From assembly GCA_016721245.1 (NCBI GenBank), contig JADKIQ010000025.1:327583-391582 (forward strand): 64,000 nucleotides of DNA, given 5' to 3'. Position numbers and translations under genes: made by a program. This stretch comes from Sphingobacteriales bacterium (GTDB lineage: Bacteria; Bacteroidota; Bacteroidia; Chitinophagales; JADIYW01). Below are positions 11,508-21,917 of this stretch, in pieces. Numbering within the stretch: position 1 is the stretch's first letter; every line of letters begins with the position of its first letter. The notes under the pieces are model-generated. The model saw only the letters and a list, made by a program, of their open reading frames with translations. It searched no databases and was not told the origin of the DNA.

Positions 11508-11713
11508 CTTATTTTGGCTTTAATACTGTAAAAATAGCAATTAATTAAAATTAACCAAAAATTTGTTGGTAAACGTGTAAAAATTAACTTATTAGAAATA
11601 TTCAGAAATTGTTGATAATTAGTGTATTACAAATTGTAATTTATTCAACAATCCTACAACAGTACATTATACCAAATAATGCAATCAATTTATAATTAGC
11701 TAATTATAAATAG

Positions 11714-14622
11714 TTATACAACTACATTTATAATTCTGCCAGGTACCACAATAAACTTCTTTGGTGGATTACTTTCTGTAAATTTTAACACTTTTTCGTC
11801 GGCCAGCACCAGTTTTTGTATCTCGTCCTGCGGCATATCCAGTGGGATTTCGATGTTGGCGCGGTGTTTTCCGTTGATTTGTATCGGATAGTTAAACGCA
11901 GATTCCACTAAATATTGTGCATCGTGTGTTGGGAATGCGGCATCCACCACTGAAGATTCATTTCCCAGATTAGACCATAAAACTTCTGCCATGTGAGGTG
12001 CAAAAGGAGAAATTAATTTTACCAGATCCGACAAGGTCGTTTTGGAAACCGTTTTTAGTTTAGACAGTTCGTTTACGCCAATCATAAAAGTAGATACACA
12101 GGTATTAAAACCTAAACGTTCAATATCTTCATTTACTTTCTTGATGGTTTTATGCAGGATTTTTAATTCTTCCTGCGTTGGCTCTACGTCGATGTTTTTT
12201 GCCACACCAAAATCATCGTAAAACAGGCGCCAGAATTTGCGCAGGAAGCTGGACACACCGGAAATACCATTGGTGTCCCAGGGTTTGGCCGTATCGATGG
12301 GCCCGAGGAACATTTCATACATACGGAAAGTATCTGCACCGTGCTGTTCAATGATTTGGTCTGGATTGACCACATTGAATTTTGACTTAGACATTTTTTC
12401 TACTTCGCTTCCGCAATAATAGTTGCCATCTTCTTCAGTAATAAAAAATTGCTTTATATTATTCATCTTCAGATTTTAATTTTTCAAAATCTAAAATATT
12501 ATTAACAATATAATATCAACATGAAATTGCCTTAGAATAATAGCATATTATTATCAAATTTTCCAACATAATCAACAAACTCAGATATTTATTGTGCACT
12601 TTCAAATAGAAATAAATCTTAATTAAAAATCTATTTTTTTCTTTTAAAGCTTAGAGATACATAAATATTTTTATCAAATCTGGTTTCTATAAATGATAAC
12701 ACCAATTAAATGTTTATGAAAATCTATAAACAAACTTACTCACACCTTGTATCATTCCTTGATTCACCATTTTTTTAAATGGTTCTTCGGTGCTTACTTT
12801 GCCTATGTCTTTTAAGAATTTATGCCAGAATCGGGAGTATAATAAATGTCCCACGGCATGCTCTGAACCGCCCACATAAAAGTCCACATTCTGCCAGTAT
12901 TCCTGAGCTTCTTTACTCACTAATTCATTTGGATTATTCGGATCCATGTAACGCAAGGAAATACCAGGAACTGCCTGCATAACCCGGCATGGTATCGGTT
13001 TCCATGCGGGTGCCTTCGCCGTTTTGCGTCACCCATTCAGTAGCCGTAGCCAAAGGGCTTTCTCCCGTTCCGGTAGGTTTGTAAGATTCTACCTGCGGTA
13101 AAGTCACCGGCAATTTATCTTCTGCAACGGTGTGAATAATGCCATCTTTATCGTAATAAATTGGAAACGGCTCGCCCCAGTATCTTTGTCGTGAATAACC
13201 TGCATCACGCATACGAAAATTTACTTTGCCGTAGCCGAGTTTTTTCTCTTCCAGTTTTTGAATTAAAGTTGCGGTCGCTTCTTTATAATTCATTCCGTTA
13301 ATGAAATCAGAATTGATGTATTTTCCTTCTTTCGTTGCATCCGCTTCATGCTCTATATTTTGCTGCGCATCCAGAATTGGAATGATACGTAAGTCAAATT
13401 TCTTCGCAAATAAATAATCGCGCTGATCGCCGGAAGGTACTGCCATCACCGCTCCCGTTCCATAGCCTGCCAGCACGTAATCTGCAATATAAACCGGCAC
13501 TTCGGTTTGTGTAAAAGGATGCAACACATATGCACCGGTGAATTGTCCTGTAACTTGTTTTTCGGCTTGTCTTTCGATATCAGATTTGGATGCACAAACT
13601 TTTTTATAATCTTCTACAGCACCTATAAATTCAGGCGTTGTGATTTGATTGACTAAATCGTGTTCAGGTGCAATTACCAAAAACGAAACACCAAAAATCG
13701 TATCTACCCTTGTGGTAAATACTTCTACTTTTTCGTTGTGATTTTTTAACGGAAAAGACACCATCGCTCCTATTGATTTTCCAATCCAGTTGCGCTGCAT
13801 ATCTTTCATGCTTTCGCTCCAGTCCAGTGTATCTAAGCCTTGCAATAATCGTTCTGCATACGCTGTGATACGTAAAAACCATTGCGACATTTTTTTCTTT
13901 TCCACCGGATGTCCGCCACGTTCTGAAACCCCGTTTACAATCTCATCATTAGCCAATACGGTACCTAAAGCCGGACACCAGTTTACAAAGGATTCCTTCT
14001 GATACGCCAGACGATATTCCATTAAAATGGCTTGTTTTTCTAACGCTGTATAACCTTTCCAGTCTTCCGCTGAAAATTCCGGTACATCTGAAGTGGTGTA
14101 AGCAGTATTATTATGATTTCCGTGTTCTTCAAAATGTTTAATTAAAACGGAAATATCATATGCACATTGGTTTTTATAGCAATAAATGGAATTGTACAGT
14201 TTAAGAAAAATCCATTGCGTGTGTTTGTAATAAGCAGGTTCGCAAGTCGTAACCTGTCTGCTCCAGTCATAGCAAAAACCGATTTTTTGTAATTGTTTGA
14301 TGTATGTTTCGATATTGTCTTTAGTAGTTTTTTCGGGATGCTGACCAGTTTGAATCGCATATTGTTCTGCCGGTAACCCAAAGGCATCAAAACCCATTGG
14401 ATGCAACACATTGAAACCTTTCATGCGTTTGTAGCGCGCATAAATATCGGAGAAAATATAACCCAGCGGATGACCAACATGCAAGCCTGCTCCACTTGGA
14501 TAAGGGAACATATCCAGTACATAATATTTTGGTTTGGAGGTATCATTGTTTACTTTGTAAACGTTTTTATCTTTCCACTTATCCTGTGCCGTTTTTTCTA
14601 TTTGCGAAAAATTGTATTCCAT
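11714..14622 (-). pseudogene. leuS: leucine--tRNA ligase, fragmented (three ORFs); possibly a naturally split gene
   Basis: ORF 12934..14622 carries the N-terminal part with the HIGH region (GLHVGHPLGY). ORF 12714..12980 carries YMDPNN...[20 protein letters not shown] 11714..12466 carries KMSKS and the anticodon-binding C-terminus. There is a +1 shift at about 12955-12962, and the segment 12467..12713 is a multi-frameshifted, stop-containing remnant. Confidence 0.85.
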
Positions 14623-14745
14623 ATCTTATTAATTGTCGCAAAAGTACGGAATACATTATACATCTTAAAATCAGACAGTTTATGATTGTGTTAGAAGTTT
14701 TCGACATTAAACCACTAAGACACTAACAACACAAAGTTTTTAATT

Positions 14746-14753
14746 TATATTTG
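14746..14753 (+). promoter_or_regulatory. Bacteroidota -7 promoter-like motif TAnnTTTG
   Basis: TATATTTG lies 12 nt upstream of the ATG at 14765. Confidence 0.3.
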
Positions 14754-14764
14754 AAGAAATAGTT

Positions 14765-16339
14765 ATGGAGAAGAAAACCGTATATGATATTTCGTTTGTA
14801 CTGTTATTGACAAGTATTTGTCATATCCTCTTTTCCAAATATGGTTTTAATCCCACAGATGAAGGCTTTGTGTTATCGGCTACCAACCGGGTATTGCACG
14901 GACAAATTCCGCATGTTGATTTTTCATCGGTGCGACCTTTGGGCTATGCCTATCTGCACATTCCGGAATTGCTGATTTCAAAAAACTATTTCTTTTTAAT
15001 TTCCCGATTTGTCTTTTGGTTAGAACAAGTGCTGATTGCTTTTTTATGGATTCGTTTTTTAATCAATTACTCTAAACAGGAAATTTCGACATTCAATAAG
15101 TATTCACTTGTTATAATTTGCTTTGTATTTAACGTGCATTATTTTCCGGCATCTGTTTTACACACGATTGATGGTTTATTGATGTGCATGATTGGATTAA
15201 ACATTATTTTTTCAGAAAAAAAATGGAGTTTTATCGGTTTTATTTTTATCGGATTTGCTGCTTTATGCAAACAAAACTACTTAGTGATGCTGCCAATCTT
15301 TTTATTCATATTTGGAAGAAAAAATGTTCTTTTAAATTCTGTTGCAGGATTACTTCCAATAATAATTTACGTGGTGCTTATTTCCTTTTATGGCGGATGG
15401 AATGATTTAATCACACAACTCAGTGGACATAATGAACTAATAAAAGTAGGTATGTACTCTTATACAAAAAGCCGATTGTTTTTTGCAGGAATCATTGCTT
15501 CTTTTATTATTTTACTATCCAGATATACAATTATAAAACACCTGCTATTCTGTATTTTGCTATTAATATGTTTTTATGCAATGTACACTTACAGATATCA
15601 CGAAAGATATAGCTTTCTGATTCTTGGCTCTAGCATCGGTGCACTGATGGTAACTTTAATTAAAAGTGAATTTAAATTTTGCGTAGTCTTTACTGTCGGA
15701 ATCACCTTAGGATGGTGTGTTTCCATCTCTGTTGGTTATAATTCACCTGCATTATTTCTGGGCGCAAGTTTAACAAGTTTTTATTTTTATTTAAACAATT
15801 CATCTACTGCAAAACCATCCTTAAAAGTGAGCTATATATTATTTATCCTGACTCCTACTTTGGTGCTTTTCTGCTACATTAGGTATCATTTTATTTACAG
15901 AGAAACCCCTAAAAGCACGCTAACATATTCTTTGAATAACATAGTTGAAGGTGCTAGCGGAATTTATACAAACAAAAACACTTTTTTAGTATTACAGGAA
16001 TTAGATTCATTAAAAAAATCAATACCAGGTGTAATTGTTATTCCTGATTTCACATCTTGTAATATTTTGCATTCTCATGAATCAAAAATACTAACAGAAT
16101 GGCCAAATAAAACTGAAATTCCAAATCAAAAAATTCTTGATTTCATTATCCGTCCCTTTGTTAATGACACGTCATCTCTTATCTTAATTCCAAAATACAA
16201 CACTTCTGTGCTTTGTATAAAATTTGAAAAAACATCACCTGAAAAAGTGAGTGACTTTTTATTATTGAGCTACATTTTCAACCATTATGAAAAATTTCAA
16301 CAGTATAGTTATTTTGAACTTTACAGGAAACAAAAATAA
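14765..16339 (+). CDS. polytopic membrane protein, possible GT-C-type glycosyltransferase
   Basis: 524-aa ORF with many hydrophobic segments. An acidic motif follows TM1 (NPTDEGF), and there is a soluble C-terminal tail. No confident family assignment. Confidence 0.55.
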   Translation: MEKKTVYDISFVLLLTSICHILFSKYGFNPTDEGFVLSATNRVLHGQIPHVDFSSVRPLGYAYLHIPELLISKNYFFLISRFVFWLEQVLIAFLWIRFLINYSKQEISTFNKYSLVIICFVFNVHYFPASVLHTIDGLLMCMIGLNIIFSEKKWSFIGFIFIGFAALCKQNYLVMLPIFLFIFGRKNVLLNSVAGLLPIIIYVVLISFYGGWNDLITQLSGHNELIKVGMYSYTKSRLFFAGIIASFIILLSRYTIIKHLLFCILLLICFYAMYTYRYHERYSFLILGSSIGALMVTLIKSEFKFCVVFTVGITLGWCVSISVGYNSPALFLGASLTSFYFYLNNSSTAKPSLKVSYILFILTPTLVLFCYIRYHFIYRETPKSTLTYSLNNIVEGASGIYTNKNTFLVLQELDSLKKSIPGVIVIPDFTSCNILHSHESKILTEWPNKTEIPNQKILDFIIRPFVNDTSSLILIPKYNTSVLCIKFEKTSPEKVSDFLLLSYIFNHYEKFQQYSYFELYRKQK

Positions 16340-16365
16340 CAAACATTAAAAAATAAAGCACAATA

Positions 16366-16926
16366 TTAGTCGTTCCAGCGATAGCTTTCATTTTCTAAAC
16401 CGCACAAATCAATCACCCTGTCGATTACCGTTGCAGCTAATGCTTCAAAGGTTTGCGGCCTGCTGTAAAAGCTGGGCGTTGCCGGACAAATAATACCACC
16501 GGCTTCCGTAACTGTTTTCATATTGTTGATATGAATAAGATTGTAAGGTGTATCGCGCGCCACTAAAATTAATTTACGTCTTTCTTTCAGAATCACGTCT
16601 GCTGCACGTGTCGTTAAGTCATTGGAAATACCACCGGCAATTCTTCCTAATGTACCCATCGAGCAGGGACAAATAATCATCGTATCATATTTGGCGCTGC
16701 CGGACGCAAAAGGTGCCATAAAATCATTTTTGTCGTAAAAGTCGAATGGATAGTCTTTGTACAGCTCATTTCCAAGCTCATATTTCCACACCTCTTTCGC
16801 ATTATCAGACAGCACCACTCCCACTTTTGCAACTTGTTGTTTAATATGTAATAACTTATCAAACAACACCTTAGCATATACTGCACCACTGGCACCCGAA
16901 ACCGAAACAATTATTTTTCTTTCCAC
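16366..16926 (-). CDS. ubiX: flavin prenyltransferase UbiX
   Basis: 186-aa ORF with the IIVSVSGASGAVYA, CPCSMGTLGRIAGG and LILVARDTP motifs. Confidence 0.9.
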   Translation of the reverse strand: MERKIIVSVSGASGAVYAKVLFDKLLHIKQQVAKVGVVLSDNAKEVWKYELGNELYKDYPFDFYDKNDFMAPFASGSAKYDTMIICPCSMGTLGRIAGGISNDLTTRAADVILKERRKLILVARDTPYNLIHINNMKTVTEAGGIICPATPSFYSRPQTFEALAATVIDRVIDLCGLENESYRWND

Positions 16927-16965
16927 TTATTATTGATTAAATTTACAAAATTGTCAGATTGGTAC

Positions 16966-16973
16966 TAAATTTG
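16966..16973 (+). promoter_or_regulatory. TAnnTTTG promoter-like motif
   Basis: TAAATTTG lies 30 nt upstream of the ATG at 17003. Confidence 0.3.
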
Positions 16974-17002
16974 TAATAGTTAGGTAAAATAACAAAATAG
17001 AA

Positions 17003-17554
17003 ATGAAAAAGTTAAAATTTAAATGGTTGTTGTTGTTTATTCTGTTTGTGTGTACGTTTACACAAGCAAGCGCGAAAATCGAAAAAAATAGCGCCGACAG
17101 TGATATAAAATGGACAACAATAGATCAGTCATTATCCAACACTAAAAGTGCGGGCAAAAAATTCATTCTGGTTGAATTATACACTGACTGGTGTGGGTGG
17201 TGCAAAAAAATGGATGAAAATACCTTTCAGGATGCCGGCGTTGTTTCTGTGATAAATGAAAGTTTTACCGCAGTAAAATTCAATGCAGAAACGACAAGTC
17301 CTGTTACCTACAACGGAAAGACATATAACTTTGTAAAAACCGGTGCGCGTGGTGCCAATCAACTGGCCTTAGACTTAGGCAGTGTGGGCGGAAAATTAGG
17401 ATACCCTACTTTAATCATTCTGGATGAAAATGGAAATAAATTACAAGCATTTCCGGGATTCAAAGACGTAGAAACGCTAGGTATGATTTTAAAATTCTAC
17501 AAAAGCGGCAGCTACAAAACAATGGATTTTCAACAATTTCAATCAGGACAATAA
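17003..17554 (+). CDS. secreted thioredoxin-fold protein (DUF255/thioredoxin_7-like)
   Basis: 183-aa ORF with a signal peptide and the WCGWCKKMD redox motif. Confidence 0.75.
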   Translation: MKKLKFKWLLLFILFVCTFTQASAKIEKNSADSDIKWTTIDQSLSNTKSAGKKFILVELYTDWCGWCKKMDENTFQDAGVVSVINESFTAVKFNAETTSPVTYNGKTYNFVKTGARGANQLALDLGSVGGKLGYPTLIILDENGNKLQAFPGFKDVETLGMILKFYKSGSYKTMDFQQFQSGQ

Positions 17555-17572
17555 AAAAAAGTGAATTTCAGC

Positions 17573-18184
17573 ATGAACACATTAAAAAATAGTTTGTCAG
17601 TATTATTCGTAATACTGGCATTTTCTTCTTTTGCAGGTGGTCCGAAAACAACTGCAACAGAAACAAAAACTACAGCAGCGAATTCCGGTGAAAAGAAAAT
17701 CAAATGGCTAAGCTGGGATGAAATGGTAAAACTCAACGCAAAAAATCCAAAAAATATTTTTATTGACTTCTATACTTCCTGGTGTGGATGGTGTAAAGTT
17801 ATGGACCGTAACACCTTTGAAGATCCGACTGTTGCTGAGTTAATGTCAAAATATTTCTATTGCGTAAAATTTGATGCAGAAAGAAAAGATACCATATCAT
17901 TTTTGAATAAAAACTGGGTATTTGTTCCCGGTGGCAGAAGCGGTTATCATGAATTGGCTGCTTATTTTATGCAAAATCAAATGTCCTACCCTACGTTTTG
18001 TGTTTTAACACCTGATTTTAAATTAATCACTCCACTTAAGGGGTATATCACGGTTCCACAGTTTGAACCGGTTGTCAGTTATCTGGGTCAGGATTTTTGG
18101 ATGCCGTCCAAAAATCAAGATTTAGAAACTTATAAACAAAACTATAAGAGTCCGCGAACTACACCGTGGGTTGCACCTCAATAA
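17573..18184 (+). CDS. secreted thioredoxin-fold protein, paralogue of the preceding gene
   Basis: It has the WCGWCKVMD motif and a signal peptide. The ORF track starts at the GTG at 17561; the ATG at 17573 is the more likely start. Confidence 0.75.
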   Translation: MNTLKNSLSVLFVILAFSSFAGGPKTTATETKTTAANSGEKKIKWLSWDEMVKLNAKNPKNIFIDFYTSWCGWCKVMDRNTFEDPTVAELMSKYFYCVKFDAERKDTISFLNKNWVFVPGGRSGYHELAAYFMQNQMSYPTFCVLTPDFKLITPLKGYITVPQFEPVVSYLGQDFWMPSKNQDLETYKQNYKSPRTTPWVAPQ

Positions 18185-18216
18185 AACATCGTATAATAAC
18201 TAATTGATAAAAAGTA

Positions 18217-18238
18217 AAATCCCGCACAAGCGGGATTT
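18217..18238 (+). terminator. rho-independent terminator-like hairpin
   Basis: aaatcccgc-acaa-gcgggattt is followed by a T-rich tract. It lies 33 nt after the stop at 18184. Confidence 0.7.
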
Positions 18239-18255
18239 CTATTTAAGTTTATAAC

Positions 18256-19170
18256 ATGAAATTCAATACTGCATTCTCACTGTTTTTATTTCTGAATCTG
18301 ACTTGTATCTTATCACAGCAAACACAGGCTGCTCCGCCAGCCATCACATTAGACAAACCTTTGAACACCAACAACTCTCTGCTCTGGCAAATCTCAGGCA
18401 ACGGTTTATCAAAACCATCCTATCTTTATGGAACCATCCATATGATCTCACAGGACGATTTTTTTCTTGGTAAAAATGTATCCAAAAAAATACAGAAAAG
18501 CGAAGAGTTGATTATGGAACTGGATTTAAATAACATCGATGTAGCAGCCGTGACTAAATCAAGTGTTTTAGACAGTGAGAAAACCATTAAAAACTACATG
18601 AATGACACAGACTATAACACGCTGAAAACATTTATGGAGGATTCTATTGGCATTAAAAAACAAACATTTGAGTTATTTTATTCCAGGCTTAAACCATTTT
18701 ATCTGGAACAATTGATTTTCTTTAAGTATTTAGGACAGGAAAAAGAATCTTACGAAGAGAATTTCAAAAAGATAGCAGAAAAGAAAAATATTCCGCAATC
18801 CGGTTTAGAGACATTTGAAGAACAATTGCTTTTTCTAGAAGATATTCCTTTAGAAGTTCAGTTGAAAAGCATGATTAAAACCATTAAGGAATACTCATCC
18901 GAAACACAAAAACTGGATGATCTTATCGAGGATTATAAAACACAAAATTTAACTGCACTGACCCAATCTTTTTCAGAGGATGAAGATCCTGTTTGGCAGG
19001 AAAAACTGCTGAATAAAAGAAACAACAGCTGGATTCCAAAATTGAAAACAAAAATGCAATCAAAAGCCTGTTTTATTGCCGTTGGTGCCGGTCATCTCGG
19101 CGGTGAAAACGGACTTATCAACTTACTCAAAAAACAAGGCTATACCGTTGAGCCTGTTTCCATTAATTAA
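18256..19170 (+). CDS. TraB/GumN family protein
   Basis: 304-aa ORF with a signal peptide and the LLWQISGNGLSKPSYLYGTIHM and AVGAGHLGGENGL motifs. Confidence 0.8.
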   Translation: MKFNTAFSLFLFLNLTCILSQQTQAAPPAITLDKPLNTNNSLLWQISGNGLSKPSYLYGTIHMISQDDFFLGKNVSKKIQKSEELIMELDLNNIDVAAVTKSSVLDSEKTIKNYMNDTDYNTLKTFMEDSIGIKKQTFELFYSRLKPFYLEQLIFFKYLGQEKESYEENFKKIAEKKNIPQSGLETFEEQLLFLEDIPLEVQLKSMIKTIKEYSSETQKLDDLIEDYKTQNLTALTQSFSEDEDPVWQEKLLNKRNNSWIPKLKTKMQSKACFIAVGAGHLGGENGLINLLKKQGYTVEPVSIN

Positions 19171-19238
19171 TGGGTAAAAAATAATTGACAATTAACAATG
19201 AACGATTAACAATTAATAGTTGTAAAATAACTATTTTG

Positions 19239-19246
19239 TACTTTTG
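19239..19246 (+). promoter_or_regulatory. TAnnTTTG promoter-like motif upstream of valS
   Basis: TACTTTTG lies 47 nt upstream of the valS ATG. Confidence 0.3.
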
Positions 19247-19255
19247 TGATATGTC

Positions 19256-19276
19256 ATGCTGAACTTGTTTCAGCAT
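19256..19276 (+). promoter_or_regulatory. perfect 8-bp hairpin in the valS leader
   Basis: atgctgaa-cttgt-ttcagcat is followed by ctttt. It sits between the promoter-like motif and the ATG at 19293. Confidence 0.3.
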
Positions 19277-19292
19277 CTTTTACAATAATAAG

Positions 19293-21908
19293 ATGCAAGA
19301 ATTACCAAAGAATTTAGATCACTCAGAGATTGAAGCCAAGTGGTACAAACACTGGCTGGAAAAGAAATATTTCAAATCCGTTCCTGATGAACGTGAGCCC
19401 TATACCATTGTCATCCCGCCGCCAAACGTCACAGGTGTATTACATATGGGACACATGCTCAACAATACGATTCAGGATGTGCTGATACGCAAGGCTCGTA
19501 TGCAGGGTAAGAATGCCTGCTGGGTGCCGGGTACCGACCACGCCTCTATCGCGACGGAAGCCAAGGTGGTAAATTTACTGAAAGAACAAGGCATCAGTAA
19601 AAAAGATATCACCCGTGAAAAATTTCTGGAACACGCCTGGGTATGGAAAGAAAAATATGGTGGCATCATCCTGAAACAACTGGAAAAACTTGGCGCTTCC
19701 TGTGACTGGGACAGAACCCGTTTCACGATGGAAGAAGATTTGAGTGAGGCTGTTATTGATGTATTTATTGACTTACACAAAAAAGGGAAAATCTACCGTG
19801 GTGTGCGCATGGTCAACTGGGATCCGAAAGGATTAACAGCTGTTTCGGATGAAGAGGTAATTCACAAAGAAGTCAACTCCAAATTATTTTACGTTCGTTA
19901 TCAGATTCAGGATTCAGATGAATGGATAACCATAGCCACCACACGACCTGAAACCATTCTGGGTGATACAGCTATTTGTGTGCACCCTGATGATGAGCGG
20001 TATAAACACTTGAAAGGAAAGTTTGCCATTGTGCCGCTTATCGACCGTGTCGTACCAATTATTTTTGATGAGTATATTGACATTGAATTTGGAACCGGTG
20101 CATTAAAAGTAACGCCGGCACACGATATCAATGACTACAATCTGGGTATCAAACATAATCTGGAAGTAATTGACACGCTGAATCCCGATGGCACCTTGAG
20201 CGAGAAAGCGCAGTTATACGTTGGCGAAGACCGATTTGCCGTTCGTAAAAAAATTGCTGTTGATTTAGAAGAAAAAGGGCATCTGGTAAAGATTGAAGAA
20301 ATCAAAAACAAAGTCGGATATTCAGAAAGAACAGATGCTGTTATCGAACCAAAACTTTCCATGCAATGGTTTTTGAAAATGGATGAATTATCTAAACCGG
20401 CGCTGGAGAATGTGATGAACGACAACATCCAACTGATTCCGGATAAATTCAAAAATACCTACAAACACTGGATGGAGAATGTACACGACTGGTGCATTTC
20501 TCGTCAGTTGTGGTGGGGACACCGCATTCCGGCCTGGTATGATGAAAAAGGAAATGTGGTAGTGGCTAAAACGGAAGCTGACGCCAGAAAAGAATTTGAA
20601 AATAAATTCAACACTCAACACTCAACATTCAGCATTACTCAGGATGAAGATGTACTCGATACTTGGTTCTCTTCCTGGTTATGGCCTATTTCCGTTTTCG
20701 ATGGCTTTAAAAAGCCGGACGGTGCGGATATCAACTATTATTATCCGACCAATGATTTAGTAACGGCACCTGAGATTTTATTTTTTTGGGTAGCAAGGAT
20801 GATTATTGCCGGTTATGAATATCGCAATGAAAAACCATTTTCGAATGTATATCTGACAGGTATTGTACGCGATAAGCAAGGCCGTAAGATGTCTAAATCA
20901 TTAGGCAACTCACCCGACCCTCTTGATTTGATTGATAAATATTCTGCAGATGGTGTGCGCACGGGTATGTTGTTCTGCTCTCCTGCCGGTAATGATTTAC
21001 CGTTTGATGAAAAACTGTGCGAGCAAGGCAGAAACTTTACGAATAAAATATGGAATGCTCTGCGTCTGGTGAAAGGCTGGGAAACAGAAGAATCAGCCAA
21101 CAATATCAATCAGGATGTTTTTGTCTGGTTTGAAAACAAGCTGGAATTACTAAAAGAGAATCTGGAAAAATCCTATGCTTCTTATCGTTTATCAGAAGCG
21201 TTGATAGACCTGTATAAATTCATCTGGGATGATTTTTGCTCCTGGTATCTGGAATTTGTTAAGCCACCATATGGCGAAAAAATTGATGCTGTTTCGTATC
21301 AGAAAACGGTTGGATATTTTGAGGAACTGATGAAATTACTGCATCCGTTTATGCCATTTATTTCCGAAGAAATCTACCACCGACTGAATGAAGAAAGAAC
21401 CGATGATATTTGTGTTGCTGCTTATCCTGCTATACATGCTTACGATGCAAAAATCATTCAGGAAGGAGAAAAACTGAAAGAAGTGATTTCTGCCATTCGC
21501 GATGTTCGTAATAAAAACGGACTTTCTCCAAAAATCACTATGACGGTTTCCGTACAGGCGACAGACAAAGCCATCTACAACAAATACGGTGCACTGATTG
21601 AAAAAATAGCCAATATCCATCCGATTAAGTTTACCGATTCGGAAGTGGCAAATGCAGTTTCGCAGCTTATCCAAACCGATAAACTTTTCATTGAAACCGG
21701 AGTTCAGATTGACACGGAAAGTGAGAAGAAAAAGATTCAGGAAGAAATTGAATATTATAAGGGTTTCATTGCGTCTGTAGAGAAAAAACTCGGTAATGAG
21801 AAATTTGTCGCCAATGCCAAACCTGAAATTATCGAGAACGAACGCAAGAAAATGGCGGACGGGCAATCCAAATTACAATCACTGGAAGAAAGTTTGAGTA
21901 AATTATAA
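19293..21908 (+). CDS. valS: valine--tRNA ligase
   Basis: 871-aa ORF with a HIGH-type motif (PPPNVTGVLHMGH), KMSKSLGN and a C-terminal coiled-coil. Confidence 0.95.
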   Translation: MQELPKNLDHSEIEAKWYKHWLEKKYFKSVPDEREPYTIVIPPPNVTGVLHMGHMLNNTIQDVLIRKARMQGKNACWVPGTDHASIATEAKVVNLLKEQGISKKDITREKFLEHAWVWKEKYGGIILKQLEKLGASCDWDRTRFTMEEDLSEAVIDVFIDLHKKGKIYRGVRMVNWDPKGLTAVSDEEVIHKEVNSKLFYVRYQIQDSDEWITIATTRPETILGDTAICVHPDDERYKHLKGKFAIVPLIDRVVPIIFDEYIDIEFGTGALKVTPAHDINDYNLGIKHNLEVIDTLNPDGTLSEKAQLYVGEDRFAVRKKIAVDLEEKGHLVKIEEIKNKVGYSERTDAVIEPKLSMQWFLKMDELSKPALENVMNDNIQLIPDKFKNTYKHWMENVHDWCISRQLWWGHRIPAWYDEKGNVVVAKTEADARKEFENKFNTQHSTFSITQDEDVLDTWFSSWLWPISVFDGFKKPDGADINYYYPTNDLVTAPEILFFWVARMIIAGYEYRNEKPFSNVYLTGIVRDKQGRKMSKSLGNSPDPLDLIDKYSADGVRTGMLFCSPAGNDLPFDEKLCEQGRNFTNKIWNALRLVKGWETEESANNINQDVFVWFENKLELLKENLEKSYASYRLSEALIDLYKFIWDDFCSWYLEFVKPPYGEKIDAVSYQKTVGYFEELMKLLHPFMPFISEEIYHRLNEERTDDICVAAYPAIHAYDAKIIQEGEKLKEVISAIRDVRNKNGLSPKITMTVSVQATDKAIYNKYGALIEKIANIHPIKFTDSEVANAVSQLIQTDKLFIETGVQIDTESEKKKIQEEIEYYKGFIASVEKKLGNEKFVANAKPEIIENERKKMADGQSKLQSLEESLSKL

Positions 21909-21917
21909 TCGAAAAAG

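Noticed and set aside
12467-12713. Insertion sequence, MITE or intron interrupting leuS
   Set aside because: I saw no terminal inverted repeats, target duplication or transposase. Its length roughly matches the expected connector, and it still contains scrambled-frame remnants of LeuRS sequence. It is decayed native DNA, not an insertion.
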